Positions 39,954 through 56,191 of a stretch of 64,000 nt of DNA are shown piece by piece. Positions within the stretch are counted from its first letter, which is position 1. Each line of letters opens with the position of its first letter. Made by a program: the position numbers and the translations under genes. The stretch lies in NCBI GenBank assembly GCA_964016885.1, contig OZ024743.1:168640001-168704000 (forward strand). The letters run 5' to 3'. The notes beneath the pieces were generated by a model. That model worked only from the letters and a program-made list of their open reading frames with translations, was not told the origin of the DNA and did no database searches. Source of the DNA: Eledone cirrhosa (Eukaryota).

Positions 39954-40143
39954 CATATTTATATATATATAAATATTTATATATACATATATAGAAGATC
40001 CCGTTAGGGGTGAAACTGCGATTCTTTGCTTAAACTTTAATCTGTTATTTTAATAAATATTTGCTCTACGGTTCTTATATATTTGATATATATTTATCCT
40101 GATCGAGCCCTCTTTAGATTTTAGTCTTCAAATGTTTTCTTAT

Positions 40144-40250
<107 letters not shown>

Positions 40251-40298
40251 TATGTATATATATATATATATTTATGAATATATATATATATATTTATG

Positions 40299-40400
<102 letters not shown>

Positions 40401-40404
40401 AAGG

Positions 40405-40639
40405 ACGCACCAAAGTACTCAATACTTAGGGTAGTAGAGTAGGTAATAGGAACGAGTAGGACCTAGGCGGCTGAGCTCAAGCCGTTTTGACGGCTAATTC
40501 TGAGTTCAGAATTAGCCGTCGAAACGGCTTGAGCTCAGCCGTCGGGGTCCTACTCGTTCCTTTTACCCACTCTACTACGCTAAGTATCGAGTACTTTGGT
40601 GCGTTATGGTCCATCTGGTTCCTTACCACATTTCCTTCG

Positions 40640-40641
<2 letters not shown>
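40405..40641. mobile_element. Fold-back mini-element plus tail
   Basis: Palindrome 40405-40604. GAAA-CGGCTTGAGCTCAGCCG-TC hammerhead 3' half. Relatives at 46066-46242 and 48790-48870. Confidence 0.8.
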
Positions 40642-40678
<37 letters not shown>

Positions 40679-40861
40679 TATTTCTATATATATATACATA
40701 TATATAAATAAATAAATATATAATATTATAGATGTAGCGAGATCTAGGCAAATTGATGTCTATTGAAACGTACGTAAGAACCGAATAAATCTCTTTTACT
40801 GCATCTTTCTGTTCTTTTTAATTCTTTATACATATATATTTATATATATATATATATATAC

Positions 40862-40993
<132 letters not shown>

Positions 40994-41084
40994 GTATATA
41001 TATATAAATATATATATATAAATATGTATAAATATTTATATAAATAAATAAAGATTTAGGTATATTACATATATATATATACAT

Positions 41085-41155
<71 letters not shown>

Positions 41156-41175
41156 TATACATGTTTATATATATA

Positions 41176-41207
<32 letters not shown>

Positions 41208-41222
41208 AATATATATTTATAC

Positions 41223-41259
<37 letters not shown>

Positions 41260-41312
41260 AATATATTTATATAAATATGTATAAATAATTAAAGATTTAG
41301 ATATATACATAT

Positions 41313-41413
<101 letters not shown>

Positions 41414-41873
41414 AATGAGAGGTATAGAGATTGTTTTAGCAAGAAGCTAACGGCATTCTATAACATATATGCGACTATAACGTCAAGATGGGAAAAGTAG
41501 TTAACGAAAGATTTATGAAAAATAACTCAAACTCATCTCAAAAGAGAATCAGAATATAAATTCATCCACAGAATTTAGTAAAATCCGGGGAAAAATCTAT
41601 AGACCTTTAACTCATGATAAAATAAAGTTTGAAACACTTATCCTTCAATTTGGAATAACATCAAATGCTCTGTATAGTCTTAAAAGACTATTTCATGAAA
41701 ACTTTCAGTGGAGATGGTCACGGTTGGATTTCATTCATCAGCAGAGCTCAACAGAAACCAGGGCTCTCACAGTAGTATAATCCGAAAAAGGGAATTCTAA
41801 AACTGGCTAGTTCGCCTTCATGTGTATTTATGAAAAAGCACATGAGGAAAAAACGGGGCTAGTGACGTCAGGA

Positions 41874-41948
<75 letters not shown>

Positions 41949-42100
41949 GTATATATTAAGTTAAAATAGTCTCATACAATTAAATAGCTCAAGGAAAGAC
42001 ATTTTTCCGGGCCGTATAATATAATTGAATATAAAAGAGAGATAAACAGTGATATATACATACATGCGTTCAAATCGTAAGGGACTATATATATATATAT

Positions 42101-42161
<61 letters not shown>

Positions 42162-42179
42162 GCAAACACAAACACAAAG

Positions 42180-42910
42180 ACAATACAACTCAGCTACACC
42201 GGATCGAATTCCTCGTGTCGAAATCAATACGGGTCCTGGGGATAGACGTGAGGGATGATGCATCTCTTTCTTCACACATCATGAGGTTGGCGACCATGTG
42301 CAGGCGTCTTGCTGGCTGTATTTTGAAGACCTTCAGGACAAGAGACCGAGAGACTATGTTGATACTATGGAGGACATTTGTCCTAAGCCGCCTGGATTAT
42401 TGCTCCCAGCTGTGGTCATGCCATAGTATCAAACTAACCACGGGGCTTGAAGCAATCCAACGCAGCTACACCAACAGGTTTGCCACAATGAGAGATATGC
42501 GTTCATATACATATGGAAAATCCATGACGGACGCGCACTAAACTTTGGCATTGAAAGTAGGAACAACTCCCGAAAACGACCTCACTATGTGGTGCCAAAG
42601 GTGCCGTATTCCACAAGGAGCAGATATTACAATAACCTGGGGTTTAAAGGCTCTCAATTCTTCAAAAAGCTGCCAAGAATTTTGAGAGATCTGCATGGTG
42701 TGGACGTGGCTGTTTCAAGAAATATTTCGACACCCTACTATCAAGGATAACGGATGAGCCCACATCATGGTACGAAGGTAACCTAAGGGCAGCAGCAATA
42801 AGGGCAGCAGCAATAAAGTCCCTCTTACACCAATTGTCAACCAGCACAGGCTGGAGAATGTGTACCAACAAGGGCGTTGCCCCAGCATGGCTGGAACAGG
42901 TAGAGTAAAA
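42180..42910 (+). mobile_element. CR1-group LINE 3' fragment
   Basis: VLGI...ILKTFRTRD...FVLSRLDYCSQLW...LEAIQRSYT, typical of the CR1/L2-group RT thumb, followed by a 3' UTR. Confidence 0.8.
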
Positions 42911-43230
42911 CAGTATATATATTTATATATATATATATACACAATGATATTAAATAAATGGAAACTATATTTATAAAACCATATTTATTCTATTATATAA
43001 GGGTACCAAAATCTTGGTACGCTCTCATATATATATATATATAAAAGGTTACATATATATATATACATATATATACATATACGTGTTTTGCAACGTGTCA
43101 CTTTGTGGCTCAATGAAAATTTAATAAATTAAATAATCAGTGCTATATATCATAAAACATGTCTAGAGAATCACAAGATAAAATATATGGTATATATTTT
43201 ATCTTGTGATTCTATAGACATGTTTTAACC

Positions 43231-43418
43231 AAACCAACCTGCGCACTTCGTCGAGTGCTCCAGCCTGCATACTGAGGTGTTGGTATACAACCAACATAAA
43301 CTCAAAATCTATATAGATATATATATTTATATATATATATAAATATGTATTTCTGAAATTTGCGTTTCGCTTCGCTTTTCCTGCCCGCCGAAAATGCGAT
43401 TCTCGCTGAATCTTTATT

Positions 43419-43461
<43 letters not shown>

Positions 43462-43533
43462 AGTATATATTGGTTGTTTACCGACACCTCAGTATGCAGA
43501 TTGGAGCACTCGCCGAAGTACGCAGGTTTGTTT
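43231..43533. repeat. Inverted repeat with about 80-bp diverged arms enclosing (TA)n and a short insert
   Basis: ACCTGCGCACTTCGTCGAGTGCTCCA pairs with TGGAGCACTCGCCGAAGTACGCAGGT. Confidence 0.8.
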
Positions 43534-43638
43534 GTTTACACCGGAGTAATGTAAAATAATTAAGTCAAATATGTATAATTTTGCTTCGTTTATTATAAAT
43601 TATAGACATACTGCTATATATATTTCGGTGACAGCCCT

Positions 43639-43696
<58 letters not shown>

Positions 43697-44058
43697 TTCG
43701 ACTCTAACAATAATTTTCAGTAGTACCACCCCACATAAATTCAACAATTTAACAAGGACGCGTAGTATCGAATTTCATACTATAAACCTCAATTTAATAT
43801 ATATCTGACCAGGAATGCTTTTTGTGAAAATCAGTTATATGGAACTATTGTCATCTTGCCTGACGGTTTGAACTTTACAACCCCACCTGCCTCTTTGAGG
43901 TCAAATATCCACTCTACCAGCATCTACAAACTGATGAATGAGAATTATTCCTGCTGACAACATTAAAGTATCCCTAACAAGCTCATATGTCCCAAGGCTC
44001 TGATACCATCAACACAATAAACACAGAGGTAGCATATCTAAGAACTGAATGACTGCCT

Positions 44059-44882
<824 letters not shown>

Positions 44883-44885
44883 GGG

Positions 44886-44943
<58 letters not shown>

Positions 44944-44970
44944 TGTATTTATATATAAATATGTATATAT

Positions 44971-45145
44971 GTGGGAGCCCCTGCATGGACACACTGGAAG
45001 GGGAAGACCAAGGTTAGCATGTTTTGATGCCCTAAGAACAGACACTGGTCTGTTGGAGGCGCAGGACATGGCAGTGATAGTGAAGGACAGAGACCGCTGG
45101 AGAGAACTAGTCCATAGATCTCGGAAATTTTAGCCGCCCTAGAGA
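44971..45145 (+). mobile_element. RTE-like LINE 3' fragment
   Basis: WEPLHGHTGRGRPRL..DALRTDTG..DRDRWR, the RTE-type C-terminal GRP...DRxxWR pattern. Confidence 0.7.
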
Positions 45146-45164
45146 GATATATATAAATATGTAT

Positions 45165-45486
45165 AAGTGGAAGGGATATTTAATTTGTTGGAAATTCAAC
45201 AAATATAAATGTGTATAACTGATTCAGAGCACTCGACATATTTATGGAGTAAATATTCAATGATATTAAATAAATGGAAACTATAATAAATGGAAACTAT
45301 ATTTCTGACTAGCCAAGGAGTATGCAACTGATAAGGTATGTTTTCCTTGGCTATGTCAAAATTTATAAAACACTCTTTGTATTTTATCTGATGAAAGCGT
45401 ACCAAAGTCTTTGGTACACTTGAAATATATATAATAGAATAAATATGGTTTTATAAATATAGTTTCCATTTATTTAATATCATTGT
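45165..45486 (+). mobile_element. Partially deleted fold-back mini-element with hammerhead at 45380-45441
   Basis: TATTTTAT-CTGATGA-AAGCGTACCAAAG-T-CTTTGGTACACTT-GAAA-TATATA-TA-ATAGAATA. Inverted tail on the left. Family of 32181. Confidence 0.82.
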
Positions 45487-45511
45487 ATAAATATGTATAT
45501 ATATATATATG

Positions 45512-46000
45512 TAAAAGTTATATTTAAATTGTTGGGATACAACAAGCAAATATTTTTATAACTGATATAAAGCACTCAACAAATATTTGGAGTAAAAATA
45601 CGATGTTAACAAATGGAAACTATATTTATAAAACCATATTCATTTCATTATACATATTTCAAGGACACCAAGTTAAATTATGGTGGCTTTCATCAGATAA
45701 AATATAATATAGATCAGTTTTAAGAATAAATATTGACATACCCTTAAACAATGCAACCATTAATATTGACATACCCTTAAAAAATGCAACCATTAGTGTT
45801 GGAAGCTCCCGGATAGTCTATCCGGGAGCTTCCAACAGTAATTGTTGCATTTTTTAAGGGTATGTCAATATTTATTTATAAAACTGATCTATATTATATT
45901 TTATCTAATGAAAGCACACCATAATTTAACATGGTGTCCTTTAAATATGTATAATGAAATAAATATGGTTTTATAAATATAGTTTCCATTTGTTAATATC

Positions 46001-46004
<4 letters not shown>
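45512..46004. mobile_element. Fold-back mini-element plus tail
   Basis: Palindrome 45598-46004 centred near 45816. Intact HHR on minus at 45641-45704. The plus copy has core mutations (CTAATGA, TAAA). Confidence 0.85.
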
Positions 46005-46066
<62 letters not shown>

Positions 46067-46253
46067 ACGAAGGAGTTGTGGTAAGGAAACAGATGGACCA
46101 TAACGCACATGAGTACTCAATACTTAGGTTAGTAGAGTGAGTAATAGGAAAATATATGACCCCGACGGCAGAGCTCAAGCCGTTTCGACGGCTATTTCTG
46201 GACTCATCAAGAAATAGCAGTCGAAACGGCTTGAGCTCTGCGGAGTAATACAT

Positions 46254-48792
<2,539 letters not shown>

Positions 48793-48866
48793 CGAAGGAA
48801 ATGTGGTAAGGAACCAGGTGGACCATAACGCACCAAAGTAGTCAATACTTAGGGTAGTAGAGTGGG

Positions 48867-48909
<43 letters not shown>

Positions 48910-49003
48910 TTTAAATATGTATATATATATATATATAAATATGTATATATATATGCAAATATATAAGTACGGTGAAAGCTATATATATAAGTACGGTAAA
49001 AGC

Positions 49004-49049
<46 letters not shown>

Positions 49050-49152
49050 GCTTTCACCGTACTTTTCAGCTCAAGAAATTTTAATCTGAAAAGTACGGTC
49101 AAAGCTATTCTATTTTCTAATTTCAAACCTGCTCACTGTTTCAAAACATACT

Positions 49153-49209
<57 letters not shown>

Positions 49210-49245
49210 AAATTTGTGTATATATATATATAAATATGTGTATAC

Positions 49246-49315
<70 letters not shown>

Positions 49316-49343
49316 TTGTATATATATATATATAAATATGTGT

Positions 49344-49417
<74 letters not shown>

Positions 49418-49420
<3 letters not shown>

Positions 49421-49830
49421 GGAAAGTAAGAAATCGGAGAATAGACCGTTAAAACATGTTTATTTAAAACACCACCTACGTACGTTTCGCCCAGTTGGGC
49501 TTCTCAAGGGCATAAATAATCAAAAGTGTTCCTTACATTGCTCGGAAAGAGTTTTTTGGGTTAAATCCACGTCAAGGAGAAGCCCAACTGGGCGAAACGT
49601 ACGTAGGTGCTGTTTTAAATAAACATGTTTTACCGGACTATTCTCCGATTTCTTACTTTCCCACGTGCTTACGCTCTGCTAACTCTCTAGCCCACTAAAT
49701 ATTAACACTTCGAATATTTAATACTGCCGGCACTAGTATCGAGCACTTTTGGCATACGCTACTTGGCAAATAACTATATGTATCACCTATCCTTCCCTTT
49801 TTTTTCTCTGTCTGATACGTAAATACTGTA
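49418..49830. mobile_element. Fold-back mini-element with variant hammerhead plus tail
   Basis: Arms 49418-49505 and 49577-49664. Minus strand reads CTTGAGAA-GCCCAACTGGGC-GAAA-CGTACG-TA-GGTG. Confidence 0.78.
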
Positions 49831-50098
49831 TATATATATATATATATATAAGTATGTATACGTACATACATATATGTATACAGACGTACAGTAGTATGTA
49901 TATATATATACATAGATGCACACATATATATATGCACGTATGGATTCACCGAACATTTATTATAATGCTCGGTGTGTTTGTAAACAAACATCCCGAATTA
50001 AGCCGTACAGTGTCTAGCAACCATCGTTGCTCATTTGTTCAACACTGAGAAAGGAACGCTGTACTAGTTTCAAGCTTATTAGCTATCGTCAGCAACGC

Positions 50099-50630
50099 AT
50101 TTGTTTTGCGAGGTTTTTATATGAAATCGTGTCTCAAAACAAATATTGTTATATTTGGGGAGGGACATATTGCTGTAATAATATTGCCAGAATTAATAAC
50201 AGAACACACTCACTGTTTGGTTGGTTTTCGCTTCAGTATCTTTTATATCAGTTAATTCATTCGGTCGTCAATGTTTACCATTGACTGACAAACGGTCAAA
50301 AATACAGATATAATATAGACATAAACACAAAGTTCTTTCATTGCACATCTGCAACATAGTCAGTGGTGCTATTATGTTCCTCCTGTTGTATTGTATATCG
50401 ACGCCATCTTTTCTGAAAAGATGGCGTAATCTATGGTAGACATGGTAGACATTGAGGACCGAATTAACTGATATAACTGATATAAAAGATACAGAAGCGA
50501 AAACCAACCAAACAGTGAGTGTGTTCTGTTATTAATACTGGCAATATTATTACAGCAATATTACCCTCCCCAAGTATAACAATATTTGTTTCGACACACG
50601 ATTTCATATAAAAAACATCGCAAAACAAAT
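50099..50630. mobile_element. Inverted-repeat element with about 185-bp arms and a 160-bp spacer
   Basis: Arms 50099-50282 and 50441-50630. No clean hammerhead recognised. Confidence 0.7.
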
Positions 50631-50672
50631 CCAACTGGGTAATTGTTGGCCTTGTGCCTAAAGTAGAAACAG

Positions 50673-50707
<35 letters not shown>

Positions 50708-50712
50708 GATAA

Positions 50713-50902
50713 TAATTGTTTCTACTTTAGGCACAAGGCCAGCAAATTACCCAGTGCATTACTGGTACTTTATTTTATCGACCCCGTAGGGATGAAAGGC
50801 AAAGTCAACCTCGGCGGGATTTGAACTCAGATCGTAAAGGGATGTATCTATGCTGGAAAGCATGGCGTCCGACCCTCTACCGATACTGCCAATCCACCGC
50901 CA
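50713..50902 (-). mobile_element. tRNA-derived Deu/Nin-core SINE
   Basis: Full-length consensus match. Confidence 0.9.
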
Positions 50903-50948
50903 TTATATAATACTAATAATAAAATGTGGAGAGGAAGCACACGAGTTA

Positions 50949-50996
<48 letters not shown>

Positions 50997-51065
50997 GAAA
51001 ACAGGGAGGAAAAGACGATCATTAGGAAGCAAATATATATATATTAATATTTATATATATATTTA

Positions 51066-51155
<90 letters not shown>

Positions 51156-51443
51156 TATATATATATATTTGTATAGATATATTTCTTTTATTTGCCACTA
51201 GGGCATCAAAAGTGGGACAAGTACAAAGGGGGGAGTTTACACAAAAAGGCGTCCTCAATAAGGAGAAGGCAATAACAAAATATAAAAATAAAATAAGATA
51301 TAACAAAAAATAAAATTTTTAACAAAATCCTCAATAGAGAGGAGGCGCCTTGGGGGGTCGCACACACCCCCGAAAAAAGTGTGCAACCCTTCTCCTCAGG
51401 AGCACAGAGAAGGGGTGCTCCCTTGGTCTTTTATCTTCCTCAC

Positions 51444-54400
51444 CTATAGTCTGATGTAGAGTGAAGGCCCATTCACACGGGCCATTCTCGCCACTTTCAC
51501 CCATCTTTCATAGAAACGGCTGGGGTGCAGCACCTCTCTCTCCATCCTGATCCTTCTTCCGAAATGATATCGGAAGAAACGGACCAGTTGTTGGCCAGAG
51601 AGAAAGGTGCCCGACCTCAGTCCTTTCAGACGCGTCCACCATACAACCTCTTTCGCCATGGCTATTACGCACAGAAACACCGCCTCTGCTTCATCTTTGA
51701 AGGGGGGAGGCGGCTTGATCATTACAATCGACTCGGTGGTCAACCGGATCGGTCCCACCCTTGACAGCAGTTGTTCGACATAGCCCCACAGATCGGCTAC
51801 GCCCGAGCAGTGTACTAATGCGTGTGCAACGGTTTCCTCGTCGCACACGCATCTGGGACAGATCTTTTTGGCGGGGTCCCTACCCGGGCGCCCGTGTCTG
51901 TAGAGCCTTTCTCGAACGGGTAAAGCCCCTCGGTAGCACTGCCAGGCCAGGGACTTCTGGAAGTTGTCCATAGGTCCCGGGCTGAATGTCCTACCGAACA
52001 GGCTGGCCAGTTCGTCCTCCTCCATGTCTAGGGCTTCTCCGAGGGCGTCGTCGCACCTGCTGCGTACCAGCCCTCTATAGAATGTTGCGGTGGAGTCTCC
52101 ACTGATAACCGGATCCGCCTGCCAGAGGGCGGTGAGCGCCTGGGCACACTCAGTGTGCCAGGCGCCCAGTTTTCTCGGTCTTTGCTTGACCCAGGATTGC
52201 AGCTCGGTGAGTGAGACGAGTTTGGGAAAGGTTCGTCTCACAAACGAGGCCCACACCGGTTGTCCGGTGAGGAATACGTAGAGGTGCCGTAGCCTTAATG
52301 CGTGTTTACGCATCATTAGCCACGGCATCCCCAGCCCTCCTTTCGAAGGGTGTTGACAGCAGATGGATCTCCTCACCATAGGAGCCCGCCTCTTCCAAAG
52401 GAATTGGAAGAGCGCGCGCTCCATCTTGGTGAGGGTTTCCCTTGGGCAGGGCACTACGGTCAGGCGGTAGTAGATGACGGACGCTATGTAGGTGTTCGCC
52501 ACCTCCGCCCGACCTTTCAGGGATAGTTTGCAACTGGCCCACTTCTGGGTCAGTGCAAACACCCTGTTCGTAACCTCCGCCCAGTTTTTCTCCACCTGGA
52601 GGTCCGGTCCGAACCAGACCCCGAGCAACTTCACCGGGCCCTCCGTCCAGCGTCCGACGACGCTATCGGAGGGCATCGGTCTGCCCCTCCACGTGCCGAG
52701 TTGCAAACCGATCGACTTGTCCCGGTTCAGCTTAGCCCCTGTGAACTTTTCGTACTCCTCCAGTAAGGTGCCGACCGCCTCGATTTCGGAGGCCGTCGAC
52801 ACCATTACTGTCACGTCATCGGCGTAGGCCGACACCGCTTTCCGCAATCCCGGTTCCAAAGGGATGCCCTGCAACAACTCCAACTTCCGCAGTAGTGGCT
52901 CGAGAGTCAACACATACAGAAGGGAGGAGAGAGGGCACCCTTGTCGGATGGACCGCGCGATTTTGAACGGCTCCGAGAGGTAGCCGTTCACCTTGACCCT
53001 AGAGCAGATGCGGCTGCTGTGCATAGCAGTGATCCAGCCCCTGAAAACGGGTCCGAAGCCTGCCGCCGCTAGCACCGCATCCAGGTAACCATGGTCGACC
53101 CTATCGAACGCCTTAGATTGATCCAAGTTGATCAGAGCCCCACCAAAGCCGGGTTCGTTCCCAACCCTCTCTATGATGTATCGCATGAGGTGGAGGTTGT
53201 CATGGATGGACCTGGACGGGATAGCGCATGTCTGCGCATCTCCCACCAGGTTGCCCACGACAAGCGCCAACCTCTTTGCTAGCACCTTGGCCAAAATCTG
53301 TAACTCTGTATTTAGCAGTGTTATGGGCCTGAAGTTACTTATTTCGTCCCCCTTGTTCTCGTCCTTCCTCACTAGCGTGACTACGCCCTTGGTCACAGTA
53401 CAGGGAATTCTCCCGTTCTGTTGCCAGTTGCAGTAGACCGCCTCGAGGAGATCGGGGAACAAGTCCGGCATAGCTAGATATAATTCGTAAGGAAGACCAT
53501 CGAGACCCGGGGATTTGCGTTTGCCGCATTGGCTCAGCACGTCCTCTATCTCAGCGGCCGAAATCGGCTCCTCGCAGGACTTCGCCTCCCTGTCCGAGAG
53601 GCGCGGCAGGCCGTCGAGGTATGGACCGAAGTCCACGTTCCCAACCGGCTCCCCGCCCCTCCCGAACAGTCGGGCAAAGTGCCTTTGAAAGGCCTCACAC
53701 ATCTGCTTAGGCTCAAGAATCGCCCGTCCATCCAGGTCTTGCAAAGACCGGATGGTGGATTTAGTTCCACTGTTGGCCTCTGTCACGCGGGCCCAGCTAA
53801 CAGCTTTGGTCCCCTCGTTCCCTAGAGCACGTATTTTACTTCGGACAACGCAGCCTTCGTGCTTCGCGTCGAAAAACTGGCTCAACGCCGTTCTCGACGC
53901 TAGCACTCTGGCCACGTCGCCGCTTCTAATTGCCTCTTCTACTCTATCTATTAGCTCCCTTTCCTTCCTATTCCTATCCGCAGCTAGAACCTTACTAAAT
54001 TCTATCGAGACTACTCTAATCTCTCTCTTTAGAGATACCCACCACCTGCTGTTGACGATCGCTCCAGTCAACCGTTCCTTAACTAACGTACTAATCCGAT
54101 TCCTGTAGGCTCTACTTGCCGGCAAGGACAAGTTGAGCTTCCAGTAACCGGGGCCCTGTCTATGAGTTCTGTCAAGGTTGACCATGCAGGTCACTAATTT
54201 GTGGTCTGAATAGCCAACAATGCGCATTTTTGGACAACTTAAAAAGTCCTTATCCTTAATTCTAACTAAGAACCTATCTAGGTACGACCTAGATGATCCG
54301 CTACGATTTGCCCAAGTCCAGGTTGGCGCAGTCGGAAAATCTAGTCGATATCTATCGGCCAGGTCAAATCGACCGATTAACCCTTTGAGGCTATTACACC

Positions 54401-54881
54401 CCTCTCTATCGGGGCAGGCCCCTACGTAGTCCCAGCGTGCATCTAGGATACCATTCCAGTCCCCCACTAATAGCAAGGAGCGGGACGTCCCTAGAAAAGT
54501 CTCCAGACGATGGAAGAAGTCCGGCCGCATTGACCCGAAAGGGCCGTAGGCGGCTACCAACCTAAACGCTCCGCCTTTACCACTGCCAAGGTCCAGTACC
54601 ACTAGTCGACCCTCCGGGTCCAAATGTACCATCTGTGTTGCGAGACCCAGATGTTTTTGCAGCAGAACGACAACTCCACCCCCACCTCCGGGCTGACAGA
54701 GAGATGCGTGCATCTCAAAGTCATCAAAGGTGGGGGCCAGCTGTCGCACGTTGCTGATCCGGGCCTCGCAAATAACCATCACATCTATACGTTGTGACCT
54801 GAGGTCATTTAGAAGCATTGCTTGCTTCCAAGTTGAGCCCAGGCCACGCGCATTTAAACAGCCTACTCTTAGCATAGCCAT
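51444..54881 (-). CDS. Tx1 ORF2: APE endonuclease-reverse transcriptase-ZnF, 1145 aa, uninterrupted
   Basis: ATG at 54881 (MAMLRVGCLNARG). GDWN, YLDR and SDH; KSPGLDG, NFRPITLLN, DQSKAFDRV, RQGCPLS and YADD; CPRC...H...C. Confidence 0.93.
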   Translation of the reverse strand: MAMLRVGCLNARGLGSTWKQAMLLNDLRSQRIDVMVICEARISNVRQLAPTFDDFEMHASLCQPGGGGGVVVLLQKHLGLATQMVHLDPEGRLVVLDLGSGKGGAFRLVAAYGPFGSMRPDFFHRLETFLGTSRSLLLVGDWNGILDARWDYVGACPDREGCNSLKGLIGRFDLADRYRLDFPTAPTWTWANRSGSSRSYLDRFLVRIKDKDFLSCPKMRIVGYSDHKLVTCMVNLDRTHRQGPGYWKLNLSLPASRAYRNRISTLVKERLTGAIVNSRWWVSLKREIRVVSIEFSKVLAADRNRKERELIDRVEEAIRSGDVARVLASRTALSQFFDAKHEGCVVRSKIRALGNEGTKAVSWARVTEANSGTKSTIRSLQDLDGRAILEPKQMCEAFQRHFARLFGRGGEPVGNVDFGPYLDGLPRLSDREAKSCEEPISAAEIEDVLSQCGKRKSPGLDGLPYELYLAMPDLFPDLLEAVYCNWQQNGRIPCTVTKGVVTLVRKDENKGDEISNFRPITLLNTELQILAKVLAKRLALVVGNLVGDAQTCAIPSRSIHDNLHLMRYIIERVGNEPGFGGALINLDQSKAFDRVDHGYLDAVLAAAGFGPVFRGWITAMHSSRICSRVKVNGYLSEPFKIARSIRQGCPLSSLLYVLTLEPLLRKLELLQGIPLEPGLRKAVSAYADDVTVMVSTASEIEAVGTLLEEYEKFTGAKLNRDKSIGLQLGTWRGRPMPSDSVVGRWTEGPVKLLGVWFGPDLQVEKNWAEVTNRVFALTQKWASCKLSLKGRAEVANTYIASVIYYRLTVVPCPRETLTKMERALFQFLWKRRAPMVRRSICCQHPSKGGLGMPWLMMRKHALRLRHLYVFLTGQPVWASFVRRTFPKLVSLTELQSWVKQRPRKLGAWHTECAQALTALWQADPVISGDSTATFYRGLVRSRCDDALGEALDMEEDELASLFGRTFSPGPMDNFQKSLAWQCYRGALPVRERLYRHGRPGRDPAKKICPRCVCDEETVAHALVHCSGVADLWGYVEQLLSRVGPIRLTTESIVMIKPPPPFKDEAEAVFLCVIAMAKEVVWWTRLKGLRSGTFLSGQQLVRFFRYHFGRRIRMEREVLHPSRFYERWVKVARMARVNGPSLYIRL

Positions 54882-54905
54882 GTTGGTGGTGAAGAGAAAA
54901 GGCAC

Positions 54906-55817
54906 TTACCTCTCTGCGTCCCGGGTATCGGGCTGCACAATTTCCATTAGGGTGGGGGATGGGTTGTTGGGTGGGGTGGTGGTTTGTGGAAGTGTGGGGG
55001 CATCAGTGTGTTGTGTGGTTGGGGAGCTTGGAGTTGTGAGGGTGTTTGGGGAGGGGGTGGGATAGTTTTTTAGGAGGACGCGGTTAATGGGCCCGACGCA
55101 GGGGGGACCCACGTCCTCTTTAAAATTGTTTTTTAAAGTTTTATAGGTGTCCTGTGGGGCCTTAATCATTTTGAGGTGGGGGAAATCCCCTGCCTGGGTG
55201 AAGTTAGGCCCTTGTGTTTTTATTAGATTGTTGTTGTACACAATGTTTAACAGTTTTTTGTTTCTTGTATTTATGTATGTGTATGCATGTTTTTGTTTTT
55301 GTGTGGTGTTTTTTGTTTGCTGTTGTGAGCTCTTTTGTGTTGGTGTCAGTGTTATGTTTTGGGGAGGGGTTGTTTTCATTTGTGTGTCTGAGGTGTGTTT
55401 TCTTTTTTTTCTTTTGATTGTGTGGAAGTGCTCCTCCTCGTCTGACGACGAACTAGGGTCATCTTCCGCGTTGGAGGGGAGGGGTATATTTTCGGGTTGT
55501 GTTTGCGGTACGGGTGTTTTGGAAATTGTTTTTGTTTTTTGGGTGGAGGGGATGGGTTGGACATTGTTTTGTTTTGGTTTGAGCTGTGGTGGTTGTTTTT
55601 GTAGTGGTAGTTGTGGTGATTGTGTTGGTTGTGCAGTTGTTGGTGGTGTAGGCAGGATTGGGGTTTTCTTATTAAGTTGGGGACAGACAGCCCTCAGGTG
55701 ACCTCTGGTTCCGCAGAGGTAACACGAGGGCCGTCTACCCTCAACGGTAATGTTGATGAAGGTTAGATCATCCAGTATGACGCGTTCAGGGATCTGGGCG
55801 ATCCTTTCGGGCCTCAT
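54906..55817 (-). CDS. Tx1 ORF1 C-terminal part (CCHC knuckle), 5'-truncated
   Basis: VEGRRPSCYLCGTRGHLRAVCP, homologous to 18850-19785. Confidence 0.8.
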   Translation of the reverse strand: MRPERIAQIPERVILDDLTFINITVEGRRPSCYLCGTRGHLRAVCPQLNKKTPILPTPPTTAQPTQSPQLPLQKQPPQLKPKQNNVQPIPSTQKTKTISKTPVPQTQPENIPLPSNAEDDPSSSSDEEEHFHTIKRKKRKHTSDTQMKTTPPQNITLTPTQKSSQQQTKNTTQKQKHAYTYINTRNKKLLNIVYNNNLIKTQGPNFTQAGDFPHLKMIKAPQDTYKTLKNNFKEDVGPPCVGPINRVLLKNYPTPSPNTLTTPSSPTTQHTDAPTLPQTTTPPNNPSPTLMEIVQPDTRDAER

Positions 55818-55905
55818 TTGAACTACAGATAGATATATAGATATATATATAGATATATTTCGCTTCTGAATTTGTTTAGCAAGATTCTTTATCTGAAAAC
55901 GTGTG

Positions 55906-55962
<57 letters not shown>

Positions 55963-55968
<6 letters not shown>

Positions 55969-56159
55969 ATAGAAGGAGCTTCTACAGGACTAGTACTGTT
56001 TCATTCAGATGAAATCTTCAGGGTTTCCTGAAGATTTCATCTGAATGAAACAGTACTAGTCCTGTAGAAGCTCCTTCTATAAAATAAAAAAAATTTACTC
56101 TGCCATGTATTGAGTACCTTACTTACTGTGGTTATCCCCGACTCAACCCGGGACCTACG

Positions 56160-56160
<1 letters not shown>
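55963..56160. mobile_element. Fold-back mini-element (60-bp perfect arms, 4-nt loop) with hammerhead plus tail
   Basis: Arms 55963-56022 and 56027-56086. CTGAAGA at 56028. Tail to 56160. (TA)n flanks. Confidence 0.85.

Positions 56161-56191
<31 letters not shown>

Larger units (their letters stand above)
51180..55825 (-). mobile_element. Tx1-like LINE, second family, 5'-truncated within ORF1
   Basis: ORF1 part, intact ORF2 and a 3' UTR ending AATAAAAGAAAT. Flanked by (TA)-rich DNA. Confidence 0.92.
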
